From assembly GCA_973895155.1 (NCBI GenBank), contig OZ316894.1:23434709-23498708 (forward strand): a DNA stretch of 64,000 nucleotides, in the 5' to 3' direction. The notes under the pieces are model-generated. The model ran no database searches. It was given only the letters and a program-made list of their open reading frames with translations, and had not been told where the DNA came from. Source of the stretch: Marsupella aquatica (taxonomy: Eukaryota; Plantae; Marchantiophyta). Each line of letters opens with the position of its first letter. The stretch's first letter is position 1. Of the stretch, positions 1-11,863 are shown piece by piece. Position numbers and translations under genes: made by a program.

Positions 1-378
1 GTGTCTTTTTTTGGGTGCACATTTGCTGGTATGAGTTTTGCTGTTTGCTGTTTACTGTTTGCTGTTTGCTGTCACGGAGAGATCCCCCGACAAAAAAAAA
101 ACAAATTGAGTCTCTGAAACATATGTAGAAGCAAACATACAAATTCCCAAACCACAAGAGTGCTTGAAAAAAAATCATTGCAAATTAAAACCATGGACTT
201 TACTACTCATTCAAATTTTGCCAAAAGTTGTCGAAGCAAAGTTATCCCCGAAGTTACAATTATCAAAATAATCCAAAATGGTACATAGAAAGAACATTGT
301 AAATACTAGGTCTTATGAGTATAACCCTCTATGTATCTAACTTTGAGGTTTCTTTTTAGCAAGGTAGTGCTTCTCCAA

Positions 379-941
379 TCAAGGCCCAAGGTCTAGAGAA
401 TCATTATCCAAGCAAACTTTTTTTCTACATCTCACAGGAATAGCATCTCGGTCATGAGTTGATGGTCCTGTACTATTTGACACGTATGATGTATCTATTG
501 CATTAAATGGAATTTTTCCATCCAACACATGTGTCTGTCCTGAATCTATCCTCCGGTAAATAAACCTTGAAAGGTTAGGAGAAATAGGAACTAAAGGTTC
601 TCGTGCTACTTTCACAACTTTTCTCTCTCGTACATTCTCAAAAAAGTCTGGTTTGTGCTTCTGTCCTCTCCTCTGTAGGATCTGAATGGCCTCAAATTGC
701 AAGCCTTCCAAGGTCTTGTTGTCTCTATGAACCTGCTCATTTTCCGCTTTCAACCTCTCAATCTCATGCTTCAGTTGTTGGGTCTCTCTACCAGGGTTTT
801 GGAGTTTGACACCTCCTTCAACAAGGCAGGCCATAGCTCCTCACAAAACATGGACTCCATGTGAGTGAAGTATTCTTTCGTCTCTTTACACTTTTCCAAA
901 TACATCTTAGCAAGATCCTTCAAGTTATCTCTGCTAGCCAT
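379..941 (-). pseudogene. Frameshifted coiled-coil ORF of unknown family, possibly a TE accessory gene
   Basis: A splice-acceptor-like TTTTTCCTTTCAG ends at 958, then ATG at 941 (MASRDNLKDLAKMYLEKCKE...). After one frameshift the frame continues into ETQQLKHEIERLKAENEQ... (ORF 379-834). No recognisable domain. Confidence 0.3.
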
Positions 942-1379
942 TGTGTCCAACCTGACCCTGAAAGGAAAAACCAAATTTGACACTAAAGTTTGCATGAATA
1001 GTTTAATATATAGCCTGCTCGGTATGTACAAGGTTGGTGCATACAAGTACTCATAATTCGTGCACAAGTCTGTCTACCTACCACAAAGGCAAAGAGTAGT
1101 CACAAACTACAATTGTGCACTCGCTCTTCATGGCCTCCTTGTCAGTTTCGAACTAAATTTTTTGCCTTCTAGTACATGGCCAATTTTACAAGTACTGTTA
1201 CAGTTTGGATTATTTACTCTCTCCTAGTGAAACTTGTCTATGAACGCGAGTAGAGAGTATAGTCGGGGTTCTGGTCTCTGCAGTACTAATCGGGGCCCAA
1301 AGCAGTTCACGGAATGAAAGGCACTGAAGTCTATGACTTCATAGACTCTCCACATAAATGATCGAGTTCCAGTCGAAAG

Positions 1380-1475
1380 CAAGGAAGTGAGATGAAGTGA
1401 AGTGAGATGAAGTGAAGTGAGGACAGGAAGCGAACGGAAAGGAAAGGAAAGGGAAGGAAGAAAGGAAGGAAGGAA
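1380..1475. repeat. Purine-rich simple repeats (GAAGT/GAGAT and GGAAA/GGAA units)
   Basis: Directly visible short tandem units. Confidence 0.8.
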
Positions 1476-2494
1476 CACCAACGACGCAGCGCAGCTGGGT
1501 CTGCTGCTGCTGCTGCCTCAGGGCTTTACTGAGAGAGCTGAATTTTTTCAACCATATGTGCGATGCAAGAGCCTAACAATTCTACAGCGCTATCAAACAG
1601 AAATCAGGATCGAATTGAATGTCGCTGCAAACATTCAATGTGATGGCGAAATTCAATACTTCACATGCGGAGCTTCGTATATGACAGAAACACAGGGATC
1701 TCCAAACCTTGGTTCTTAGATCGAGTCCACAGCAAATCGTTGGCTCCTGGATGATTGACAATGTTCTCCACAGACTATCCTGCACCGGTGCTAGAATGAC
1801 GTACAACGCTCTTCTTGCCAATCGTGAATTGTTGATGCAATAATGCTGACAGCCTTCCCGAGATTCAATTTGCATGAGAACTCAATTCGCAGCCTTCAAT
1901 CGTTTGCATTTTTCACCTTCAATTTGCAGCCTGTCTGTGTATTTCTACGTCCGTGAAGGTGAGCGATCATGTCTTGACAACCATATGCAGGGGCTCCTGG
2001 TGTTTGCAGGGCGAACACCAGGGGTGGGGAGCAGGTGCACAGTAAACTCGTCGAGAAGTCAGTGTGCAACACGTGTATCCTGTGCCATTTTGTTTTATTA
2101 TCAGTTTAAAGTTCGGGACCTCAAGGGCTGGAAAATTTCCGACCCTTGCCCTTGCAAATCCAGTAAACAAGCCGTCACGACTGCCGGTCTGTCGCTTCAT
2201 GTACAAATGCCACGGGTTCATTTAAGGGTCGGAACACTCAGGACCTTGCACATGCAAGACGGCCCTAAGCTACAGTAGATATTAGCATCTTCTCTACACA
2301 CAATCTACATTAGGGCTTGCAAAGTTCTTCCCTAAGCAAAGTGCTGTGTATTTTTGGACTTACTATCCTGATGGGGTGCGTAGCCCACAATAATTTTGTG
2401 CTAGCACTAAAAGCACTTTATATGGAGCTGATTTGACAATTGACACGCCCTATGCAGGCTCCAAAGACAAAACATTAAAAATTACCTTACCCTA

Positions 2495-3031
2495 TGTCGT
2501 CCCTTTGAGAGGAGTATATAGCCAACAGGACATCAGACACAACCTAACCAAATCGGCTGCACGACGGAACCGGGAATTGAGTGTCCATTCCTCCCGGCAA
2601 TAAAAGCGCTGTAAAGTGGACGCTCGTCTTTTCCGGACTGCACGGTACGTTGCTCGTTTTGCGCAATTTACCGTTTCTAATAGGGTAACGGGTACGTGCC
2701 AAACCAAACTAGCCGAACACAAAATAATAACAAGTCTCCTCGTCTTCGTTTACATTCCGGTGACGGTCGGGCTCATACAGCGATGCGACGAAGGACGGCC
2801 CGGATCCTCGGGAGTGTCCGATTGACGGCGGCGGTCGCCGTCCGCAACCCGCCGACCATTTATTAGCAGGGCCCTTTTGTTTATTCGTGCTCGACCGACA
2901 GCCGTCCGGCCTACCGTAGGCAGCAAAGCCTGGCCCCCGGACATGTAAAATCGGTACGGCCCCCGGACATGAACGTGTAAGTGTTTTCTTTTATTTTCCT
3001 CGAAAATATCCAAAAGAAGCAAGGGCTGACA
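2495..3031. mobile_element. Candidate solo LTR (TG...CA, short inverted termini)
   Basis: Starts TGTCGTCCCTT and ends AAGGGCTGACA (imperfect 11-bp inverted termini). CpG-rich relative to flanks, with an internal repeat GGCCCCCGGACATG x2. No target-site duplication found. Confidence 0.35.
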
Positions 3032-3329
3032 AGTACTCACGAGTCTCTGTAGCGGCTACAGTAGCCAGGAGTTTAAGGGAACACGAATTCCTTTTAGGGT
3101 TATCTACACCAGAATTAGTGTAACATTACAGTAGTAGTGCTGAACAGTGGGATTTATTTCTTTGTTATAAATGGGCAGCAGCTTTTGAGAATACTTACAA
3201 TTTAGTTGTTTTTGAAATCCCCATGTTAGAATAAGTCTAGCTGGGTGGCAAACAGTCTTGAATAGTTGGGTGGGAAAGTGAGTTGTTGGGGCTTAAAAAT
3301 AGTAGGTTGGTAGATGGAAAAAAATGAAA

Positions 3330-3349
3330 GGGGGGGGGGGGGGGGGGGG
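3330..3349 (+). repeat. Poly-G tract (20 nt)
   Basis: Run of 20 G. Confidence 0.95.
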
Positions 3350-4752
3350 ACAAAGTAAAAGAGGTGGGGCAAAGCATCAAAGTTGGGTGAATGATGATGT
3401 AAAGGTTAAGATTGAGGAGTGATAAGTGGGAGTAGTGATTTGGAATGAAGACAAAATCAAAGAGTGCTATTGCACCCATTCTCATTAACAATCTTACGCT
3501 GTCGCAAAATCATATTGGTATTGTAGGTCTTCTAGTCTGAGATGAAAGTTTATTGTTCACTACTCCGTACAGTGAAGCCCAAAGTGATATTGAATGTCAT
3601 AAAAATCTCTCTTATTCATCGTCATGGGTAACAAAGAGCACATGGTAGAATATTTTAGGGTTTAAAGTTTGGGCTTTAGGGCAAGTTTAGCTTAAAGCGG
3701 GTAGATTTACAATTTAACATTTGTCATTTAGCTAGATGTTCCCAAATGCCAGGTCAATGTAACATAGTCGCTATTTGATGGAATTTTGTAGTTAACCCAC
3801 ATGATAAGCAACCCTCAGGTGATTATATGGAGGGTATTTTAATGTCAGCAAACTTAAAATGATTCTCGTATTAGCAGAAGCAAACTATGGTAAGCTTTGC
3901 TTATACCTTTACCAACTTAGGGCAAGCTTTCGTCACTTTCTTAGGAAACTTGACGCATGCTTTGTACTCTATATTTCTTGATATAAGCAAACAGTAGCCT
4001 ATGTTCGCAGACTCTAATTCTAAAACACTTGAATGTTTATGTGCTATAACTGTTTTTTATTAGATCTCTGGGAGAAAATTTTGCAATTATCAAGGTTTGT
4101 AGAAACGAAGATGCTATAGCTCCTTCACCTAGAATAGTATACCAGAGGGTTGAGTCCACCTTGCATAATTACAGCAAGGGTTTGTGTCTAGTGAGATTGC
4201 ATAGGAAGAGCACTTGCTAAAAGAGGTGAGAACCTACTAATTTTCTTGGAGTGAGTCACAAGCTCAGATGGGATCCCCATCCAACCCTTTAACCTCAGGT
4301 GGGTTCCCCAAATGCTCCCAAAGGCTCTTTCTATGAAAATCAAAATATGTTAGTCTAAATCCATGGACTCTTTGTTAAAATGCGGGTTTACATAGACCAG
4401 TCCAATGTCAAGAATCCCATGGGAGCAAAGGATTTGAGAGGGGGATCCAACCACAACATATATCATTTAGTTTTGGGGAATCCACTAATCCAGGATTGTC
4501 TATCCAAAACAGGTGATTCTTTCTAAGGAGGAGATTGCAATTAATACATACGCTATACAGAAGGAACACCATCCTATCTACACACTATAATATGTGATCC
4601 CGCTTCTTTTCAAGATTCGTCTGCTTATGAATTCATGGGCAGGACCCATCTTCCACGCTTGGCCCTTTTGACGCCCTTCCAACCCCGGTCGCTGCCTCCC
4701 TCGCCTCCCTAACGCGAGCGCCCTCCTCCCCTCCCCGGCCTCCCTCGCCCCA

Positions 4753-4850
4753 GGGCCCATTGGAGTACTCGCCCATCATGGCAAGTACTTTCTCCTCCAG
4801 GGAGGGAGCAAGTACTCGCCTTGATGGGCGAGTATACTCCTGGGCAGCCC
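4753..4850. repeat. Long near-perfect inverted repeat (hairpin) in the Helitron 5' region
   Basis: GAGTACTCGCCCATCATGGCAAGTACTTTCTCCTCC pairs with GGAGGGAGCAAGTACTCGCCTTGATGGGCGAGTATACTC. Confidence 0.85.
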
Positions 4851-5198
4851 TCTCACCACCTGGCGCCTCGCCACTCCCCCCTCCTGACACGCACTCCCCC
4901 TCCTGCCTCAAGTCCCCCTCCTGACGCACGCTCCCCCTCCTGCCTGGACTGTCCCTTCAGCCCCTCTTGCCTCAACTCCCTATGCCTCGTGAGGGCTGCC
5001 TCGCCCCTGGCCACCTCCTCCCTCCTGACGGCCTCAGCCCTTGCCACCTTGCCTCCCTGCTGCCTCGCGAGGGCTGCCTCGCCCCTGGCCGCCTCCTCAC
5101 CTCCCTCCTGACAGCCTCGCGCCTCCCCATGGCCCCTTGCCTCCCTCCTGACGCGCGGCCTCCCTCCCTCCCAGTCTACCACCGAGGGCTGCAACAAT

Positions 5199-8100
5199 AT
5201 GCCCAACGAAGATTGCAAGTGGCAAATGGTGTGCCCCAGGTCCATGCCGCACCGAAAACAAAGTGTCTCACCCAGTGTGGGGCCCTTAATTCCAGCAGTA
5301 GTTCCCACACCATGTGTGCCAACTGCGGTAGAAGAACCAAGGGCCATTAGTGGGAGACAATTGCGACGGGAAGCAAGGGCTGTACGAGGGGCATCAACAA
5401 CATCATTGGCCGCCATTGAGGAGACAACTTTGGGACCTATTGCAGTGCCTGCCCATGCAAGTAGTGTGAGACAATTGCTTCGTGAAGCAAGAGCAATGCA
5501 CCAGGCATCGGCCAGATCCATGGCGATGAGGGCCAGTCAAGAGGGTGCCAGTGGTGCCTTGGATGCATGTGAGACCGACCACCCTTTGGAGCAATTTGTG
5601 CCTACCCCTCCATGTGAGCCCATAGCCAACAATGAGCCCAGAGATCCCAATGTCTTTGATGAAGATTGGCTCATTCATGGTGCTTTACAGGATGGAGCTG
5701 ACTCGATGTGTGTCATCCCTACCTATGAAGCGATACCAAACAGTGTGCGAGCTGACCCTGACATCTTTGACGAGGATTGGCTCATTGATGGTGCCTTGCA
5801 TGGGGAAGCGGGTCCTATTGTTGACGATGGTGGTGGTCACTTTGACACGTTTATTGAGGGCACCTTACATTTGTCAGCTGAAGAGGGGGAACAAGAGATT
5901 GAGGATGTCCTCCAACAAGAATTGGGAGGGAGTAACCTTGCACCGGTTACTCCGGCTCAACCCAATGCATAAGATATTTTGAGAGAGCATCAAAGATTGG
6001 AGTAGATACAAAGTTTGCCAAAGGCACGACAACCTTTGGATCCAGCGATGGGCCGACACATTTTGGGACGGATGAACATTGAGTGTCCATGTTGTAAAGC
6101 TCTTCATTGGATTGAAGAGTGCAAGTCTGGAACACAACGCCATCCATGCTTCACGATGTGTTGTGCCGATGGGAAGGTGGATTTGACTCCAATTGGTGCT
6201 CCTCCAGAGCCTTTGCGGAGTTTGTTGACTGAAAGTAACATTGCGACTACAACCTTTCGGAAGAATATTAGAGGGTACAATAATGCATTGGCATTTACAT
6301 CGATAGGTGTTAAAATTGACGAAAGGGGGGGCAACCAGGGTCCGTATTCATTTTGCATACAAGGAGCTTTATATCATCGAGCCGGCAGCCTCTTGCCGCC
6401 TAATGGAGACCCTATATTCATGACATAGGGAATGAGTTGGGCAATAGGTATTTTCACAACTTGAACCGTCTTCCTCTTATGACAATTTTTTGTTTGCAAT
6501 AAGTTGAGTCTCATTGGATTTTATGTTGGGTTGCAGGATGAATCGCATGCCATAGTTGGATGAGGCGGTGCTTGCTTCTTTGCAAGAAATGCTCCATACG
6601 CACAACCCTTATGTGCGGATGTTCAAAAATGCGGGGAGCGGCATTGATGACGTTGAGGTGCCACAAGTTTTGCTGCGTGTTGTAGCTGAATGTGACACCG
6701 ACCCAAGACATTACAATAAACCCACGGCGGATGAGATTGGGGTGATCATGGTTGGGGATGAAGATATTGAAACATGTGGTCGAGATATTATCCTGAGGAC
6801 AAGGGACAAGGGCCTACGTAGGATTTTGGAGTGGCATAGGTCCTATTCTCCTCTCCATTATGTCTTGCTCTTTCTGCATGGTCAAGACGAGTGGTCTTAT
6901 GACATCCCATTGGTGGGCCATGAATTTCAAGATGGGGTCATTGTGGCAGTTGAACCCCAAGCAAGGGGTGGACGCAATGGCTCCAAAAAGGTGACACAAC
7001 TACAATACTATGCATACTTGCTACATGCAAGGCAAGGTGATGATTGGTTGCTTGGTGGAGGGCGATTGCTAAAGCAATATATTGTGGACGCATATGCATG
7101 CATAGATCAAACGCGACTGACCTATATTCGCAACAATGAAAAAAAGTATTGAACGGAGCTATATCAAGGGCTTCAAGATGCAGTTCAAGACGGAGATGCA
7201 CGTGCGGGTGATGTGGGTAGCACCTATATTTTGCCATCCTCATATGGGGGTAGTGCCCGCAATATGATGCAAGCATACCAAGACGCCATGGCCGTTGTAC
7301 GCACGTATGGTCCTGTGACCTTTTTACCACATTTACATGCAATCCTGAATGGCCAGAAGTCAGAGTGGAGTGCTACCCCTATCAGACCCCGGCCGACCGA
7401 GATGACATTGTTGCTCGAGTGTTCAAACTCAAGTTGAAGGCACTTTTGGCGAACATTTGTGCAGGGGTCTTAGGTAGACTTGTCGCCTCTAAGTATGTAT
7501 GTCATTGAGTTTCAAAAGAGGGGTTTGCCGCATGCCCACATTTTGATCATATTGGTTGAACGCTATAAACTACGCACGCCGGAGTTGGTGGACCAATTAG
7601 TTTCTGGAGAGATTCCGGACATGAGGGTGTATCCGCAATTATTTCAGACTATAACGAAATGCATGACGCATGGACCGTGTGGTCGGGGGTACCCCAACTC
7701 GCCTTGCATGGTCGACTGACAGTGTAGCAAGGGCTACCCAAGACCATTCTCAGTTGAAACAGTTTTTGGGGATGATGGGTATCCCATGTATCGACGTCAA
7801 GATGATGGGCTCAATTTCACAAAGGACAGAAGCGGGTTTAAGTTTGATAATAGGTGGGTTGTTCCTCATAGTCCATATTTGAGCACGAAATACAATGCTC
7901 ATATTAACGTGGAGATATGTTGCTCTATCAAAGCCATTAAGTACTTATATAAGTACTGCTACAAAGGGCATGATAAAGCAATAGTGGAGGTAGAGCAGCG
8001 TGATGAAATAAAAGAACATTTGGATGCTAGGTATGTGTCTCCTATAGAAGGAGTATGGCGGATTAATCAGTTTAAAATGTCGAAGAGTAGTACTTCGGTG

Positions 8101-10260
8101 CAACGGTTGCTGGTGCATTGCGAGGGGGAACAATCGATTATATTTCATAAAGATTCTGAGATTATTGATGTGGTCCGACAAGAATCTCATAGAGATACAA
8201 CTATAACTGGGTGGTTCAAAGCAAACGCTTTGCACGAACATGCGAGGCAGATTTTGTACACAAACTTTCCTCATCAGTTTGTATGGAATCCGGCAATACG
8301 TGCATGGACTCCTGGAAGAAGGGGGTTTAGCATTGGAAGGATGTATTTTGTGCCACCTGCTGCGGGGGAACGATACTACTTGCGAGCACTTCTACTTCAT
8401 GTCAAAGGTGCAACATCATTCCTTGACCTTAGGACTTTTGAGGGCATTGTATACCCAACTTTTCAGGCAACGGCTCTTGCTCGGGGTTTGTACGAGAACG
8501 ATGAAGAATGGGATAGATGTCTTCAAGAAGCGGCCGGTATGCAGATGGGCGCACAACTTTGACAACTATTTATCACAATCATGTTATTTGGAGGTGTTGC
8601 TAGACCGTGTGACCTGTGGACCCAACATGCATCAAATTTGAGCAATGATTGTTGTTATCGTCTACGCTCAATGGGTTTTGTCGATCCCACTGAGGAGAAA
8701 CAACAGAGCTTTGCCCTGTATTTGATCGATGAGGCTTTGAAAAGTATTGGTACATTGTTGGGGTTTGGTCTTCCGGTTCCAAGTATGCAGTTTTTTGAAG
8801 AACCAGAAAATAGGAATTGCTTGATACGGGAGGAGACATGCTACCCAATTGATGTACTTCTTCAACAACTTGCAGAACAGGAGCCGTTGTTAAACGATGG
8901 CCAAAGGGCAGCCTACACTGCAATACTTGCAGTAGTGAGGGCTCGAGATGGAGGAACATTTTTTGTTTATGGGCCAAGGGGGATGGGCAAAACATTTGTG
9001 GAGAATATTCTATTGAGGAGAGTGCGTGCTGATAGGGATGTGGCATTGGCTGTGGCCTCCTCGGGTATTGCAGGTCTTTTGTTAGATGGAGGGCGCACTG
9101 CCCACTCACGATTTAAGCTTCCACTGAAACCGATCTCAACGTCGACATGTGCTGTTCAAAAACAATCTGACCTTGGTGGATTATTACGGAGGGAAACTTT
9201 TATCTTATGGGATGAAGCACCCATGATCCATCAGCATGGAGTTGAGGCGTTGGATAGAACGTTACGTGAGATATGAGATTGTGACCAAATTTTTGGAGGA
9301 GTTGTGGTTGTGTTTGCAGGAGATTTTCGACAAGTACTTCCTGTGAAGGTAAGGCCAGTCGTCCGGAGTCGTGTTTGAAGAAATCTTACATCTGGAGTAG
9401 TATACAAACATACAAACTAACAGAGAATATGCGGGCAAGAGGAACTTTGGCGTCTCCTAAGTTTGGCCATCTTACATTTGCAGAGTGGCTTCTTGCATTG
9501 GGCAACGACAAACTCCCAAAGCAAGGACCTTCAAATAACCTTATTACATGTCCGGAGTCTATGGTGGTGGAGGGAGGACGTGTGGAATCTTTGATTAGTG
9601 CAATCTACCCATCTCTTTTGAACGTGGATGATAAGTTCTTAAGCAAGAGAACTATCCTGGCACCAACCAACGATGAGGTGCTCAAAATAAACAATTGCAT
9701 TCTAGAAGGACACCCTGGGGAGTCAAAGGAGTTTTTAAGCGTAGATCGTCCAAGGGGAGAATTTTTATCCTACGGAGTTCTTGAATACGCTAACACCGAG
9801 TGGTTTACCACCTCACAAGCTGGTACTGAAGGTTGGATGCCCTATAATCTTGCTAAGGAATATAGATCACTCACTTGGATTATGTAATGGCACAAGGCTC
9901 ATTGTGAGATCCATGAATCGTTGTGTCATTGAGGCACGAGTCCTTGCAGGAAAATATGTCAGAACTATTACGTTCATCCCACGCATTCCATTGACGTTTG
10001 ATGAATCACTTCCTTTTATATTACGTAGGGTCCAGTTTCCCATCCGAGTGGCATATGCAATGACCATCAATGAGGCTCAAGGTCAAACTTTAGAACATGT
10101 AGGGTTGCAGCTTTCAAAACCTGTTTTTAGTCACAGCCAGTTGTACGTAGCATTCTCAAGAGCAACATCGCCTAGAAGTATTAAGGTTTTGCTTCCAGAT
10201 TCCGAGGAGGGTCATGCAGGGTTGACCAAAAATGTTGAATATGACGAAGTTCTTCATTGA
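5199..10260 (+). pseudogene. Helitron RepHel (HUH endonuclease + Pif1-family helicase), disrupted by stops and frameshifts
   Basis: N-terminal CPCCKALHW...CCADGKV. Rep motifs: FTTFTCNPEW (frameshifted, ~7320), YVIEFQKRGLPHAHILI (~7500), KYLYKYCYKGHD (~7940). Helicase motifs: FFVYGPRGMGKTF, WDEAPM, GDFRQVLPV, QFPIRVAYAMTINEAQGQTL, QLYVAFSR. Confidence 0.95.
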
Positions 10261-10373
10261 ACGTGAATAAAGTTGACATGAGTATGGTATCAATGTCTTC
10301 ATATAATTTGTATTTAAGCATGTATTTCATTTTCATCGTGCTTCCCATATCCCATGACATATTTTGTCACCTT

Positions 10374-10671
10374 GACATTTGTGCGTCGCTTAAACATTTT
10401 TCTCTCATGGACATGTTTTGCTCATCTCAATTGTTTTGCTCATCTTAACATGTTTTTATCACTCAACTTCTTTTTATCACTCGACATCTTTGTATCACTC
10501 AACATGTTTTTATCACCTCGAGATATTTATATCACTCGACATCCTTTTATCACCTTGACATCCTTTTATCACCTCGACATATTTATATCACTTGACATCT
10601 GTTTATCACTCGACATCTTTTTATCACCTCGACATATTTATATTACTCGACATCCTTTTCACTCAACATCT
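10374..10671 (+). repeat. Minisatellite (~21-23 bp unit, TTTATCACTCGACATCTT-like) in the Helitron 3' subterminal region
   Basis: About a dozen degenerate tandem copies visible. Confidence 0.9.
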
Positions 10672-11863
10672 TTCGTGCAACTAACCGGCATGGGGCTAGT
10701 ATTCCTATACTTTGAAAATGAGGTACAAGAAGGAATTGCAGATGGGCGTTTAAATTGAGCAGCAGCATTGGAAGAACTGCATCCATTCACACTTCACACC
10801 CATTGGCACAGTGCTTGTACCAATTACGATCGTCAATCAATGCACAGCATAAGTTCATTAATTCAGCCACTCTCTGTTTCCCCATTGCGATAGCTGTGAC
10901 CTCTCACGGTTCCATAGCCTCAATCTGGCGCTCAGTCACATCAGGTTCGAGTGAACGAATGATTTCCTCAGCCTACCCTCAATCTGAATGTGGTGCAATT
11001 TTCTTGTGCTGTTTGTAATTATGATGATGGCGCTTCTCGTGTGAGTGATTTCAGGTTCGCAGAGAGAGCGAATTTTGGTGCTCTGCGCTCCTGATGGTCG
11101 TTCCAGCGTACGAGCAACTTCGACGAAATCGTCCTCAGCAGTTACAGAACAGCAAGAAAATGTGGTTGCAGGGAGGTTGTGCACCGGAGGCGCAGGCGTT
11201 GGCGCGCTGGATGCACGGCATGACCTTCAGTGCATCGTTTGGAAATGACACTGGCTAGTCTTCGCTTCAAGCTAGTGAATCATCAAGGCGTACCAGGTAG
11301 ACCACTTTACGAGAGCGTCGCCGCTCTGAAAAGGGTTCCGGAAAATTTTCCGTGTTGTTGCCATGTTCCTTCAAAAATGTCCTTCTCGTAGCCATGGTCG
11401 TTCAAGATGTCCTTCTCGTACGATGATGTACCCACGCCTACTGGTTGCATTGATTTTCCTCACTTCCAGACGTCCGTGTGGACTGTGCGAGCAAAAACAA
11501 GAAACAGCGTGGCAGACGAAGCTTCATTGTCATTTCGCGCACTGTGTACTTCCGTAGTTTCTAAACTCTGAAGGCACTGACGAACTCTGCCTCGAGTAGG
11601 TTGTTCTTTGTCTTTTACGTTTGTTTTAGGGAGTGATCACTACGCGTTTTTCCCGCTTCTGCCGATCTTAAGCTCATCGTGGGGAAGGAGAATGGTTTGC
11701 TCAAATTTTGATTGACGCTTGCTCGAAACCATTTTGCTCGTTTTTGCTTGTAGCAGCAGCGAGCGAGCATGGGAGTTGGTCGTCCGCCAGATTTTTCTTG
11801 AAGCATTCTTCTTCAAAGGGCGTGAGGTCGTAACTCAGCAGCTTCGATCGGGTAAGGACAAGG

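Larger units (their letters stand above)
4577..10699 (+). mobile_element. Helitron (rolling-circle transposon), autonomous type, decayed
   Basis: 5' end A|TCTACACACTATAAT at 4577. 3' end TCGTGCAACTAACCGGCATGGGGCTAG|T with CTAG at 10696-10699, a degenerate version of the typical subterminal hairpin. Inserted between A and T. Internal Rep/Pif1-helicase coding sequence. Confidence 0.85.

Noticed and set aside
3654-3682. Interstitial telomeric repeat (TTTAGGG)
   Set aside because: Only two non-adjacent copies, which is compatible with chance.
4853-5521. 222-aa minus-strand ORF and overlapping ORFs in the GC-rich Helitron 5' region
   Set aside because: Antisense to the RepHel frame and explained by GC-rich repeats lacking stop codons. 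No domain signal.
5970-9780. Programmed readthrough or frameshifting of the fragmented RepHel ORFs
   Set aside because: The many stops and frameshifts fall inside conserved motifs and fit mutational decay.
10354-10758. 134-aa hydrophobic ORF, or a CRISPR-like array
   Set aside because: It is the translation of a tandem minisatellite. Units abut with no unique spacers, and there are no cas genes.
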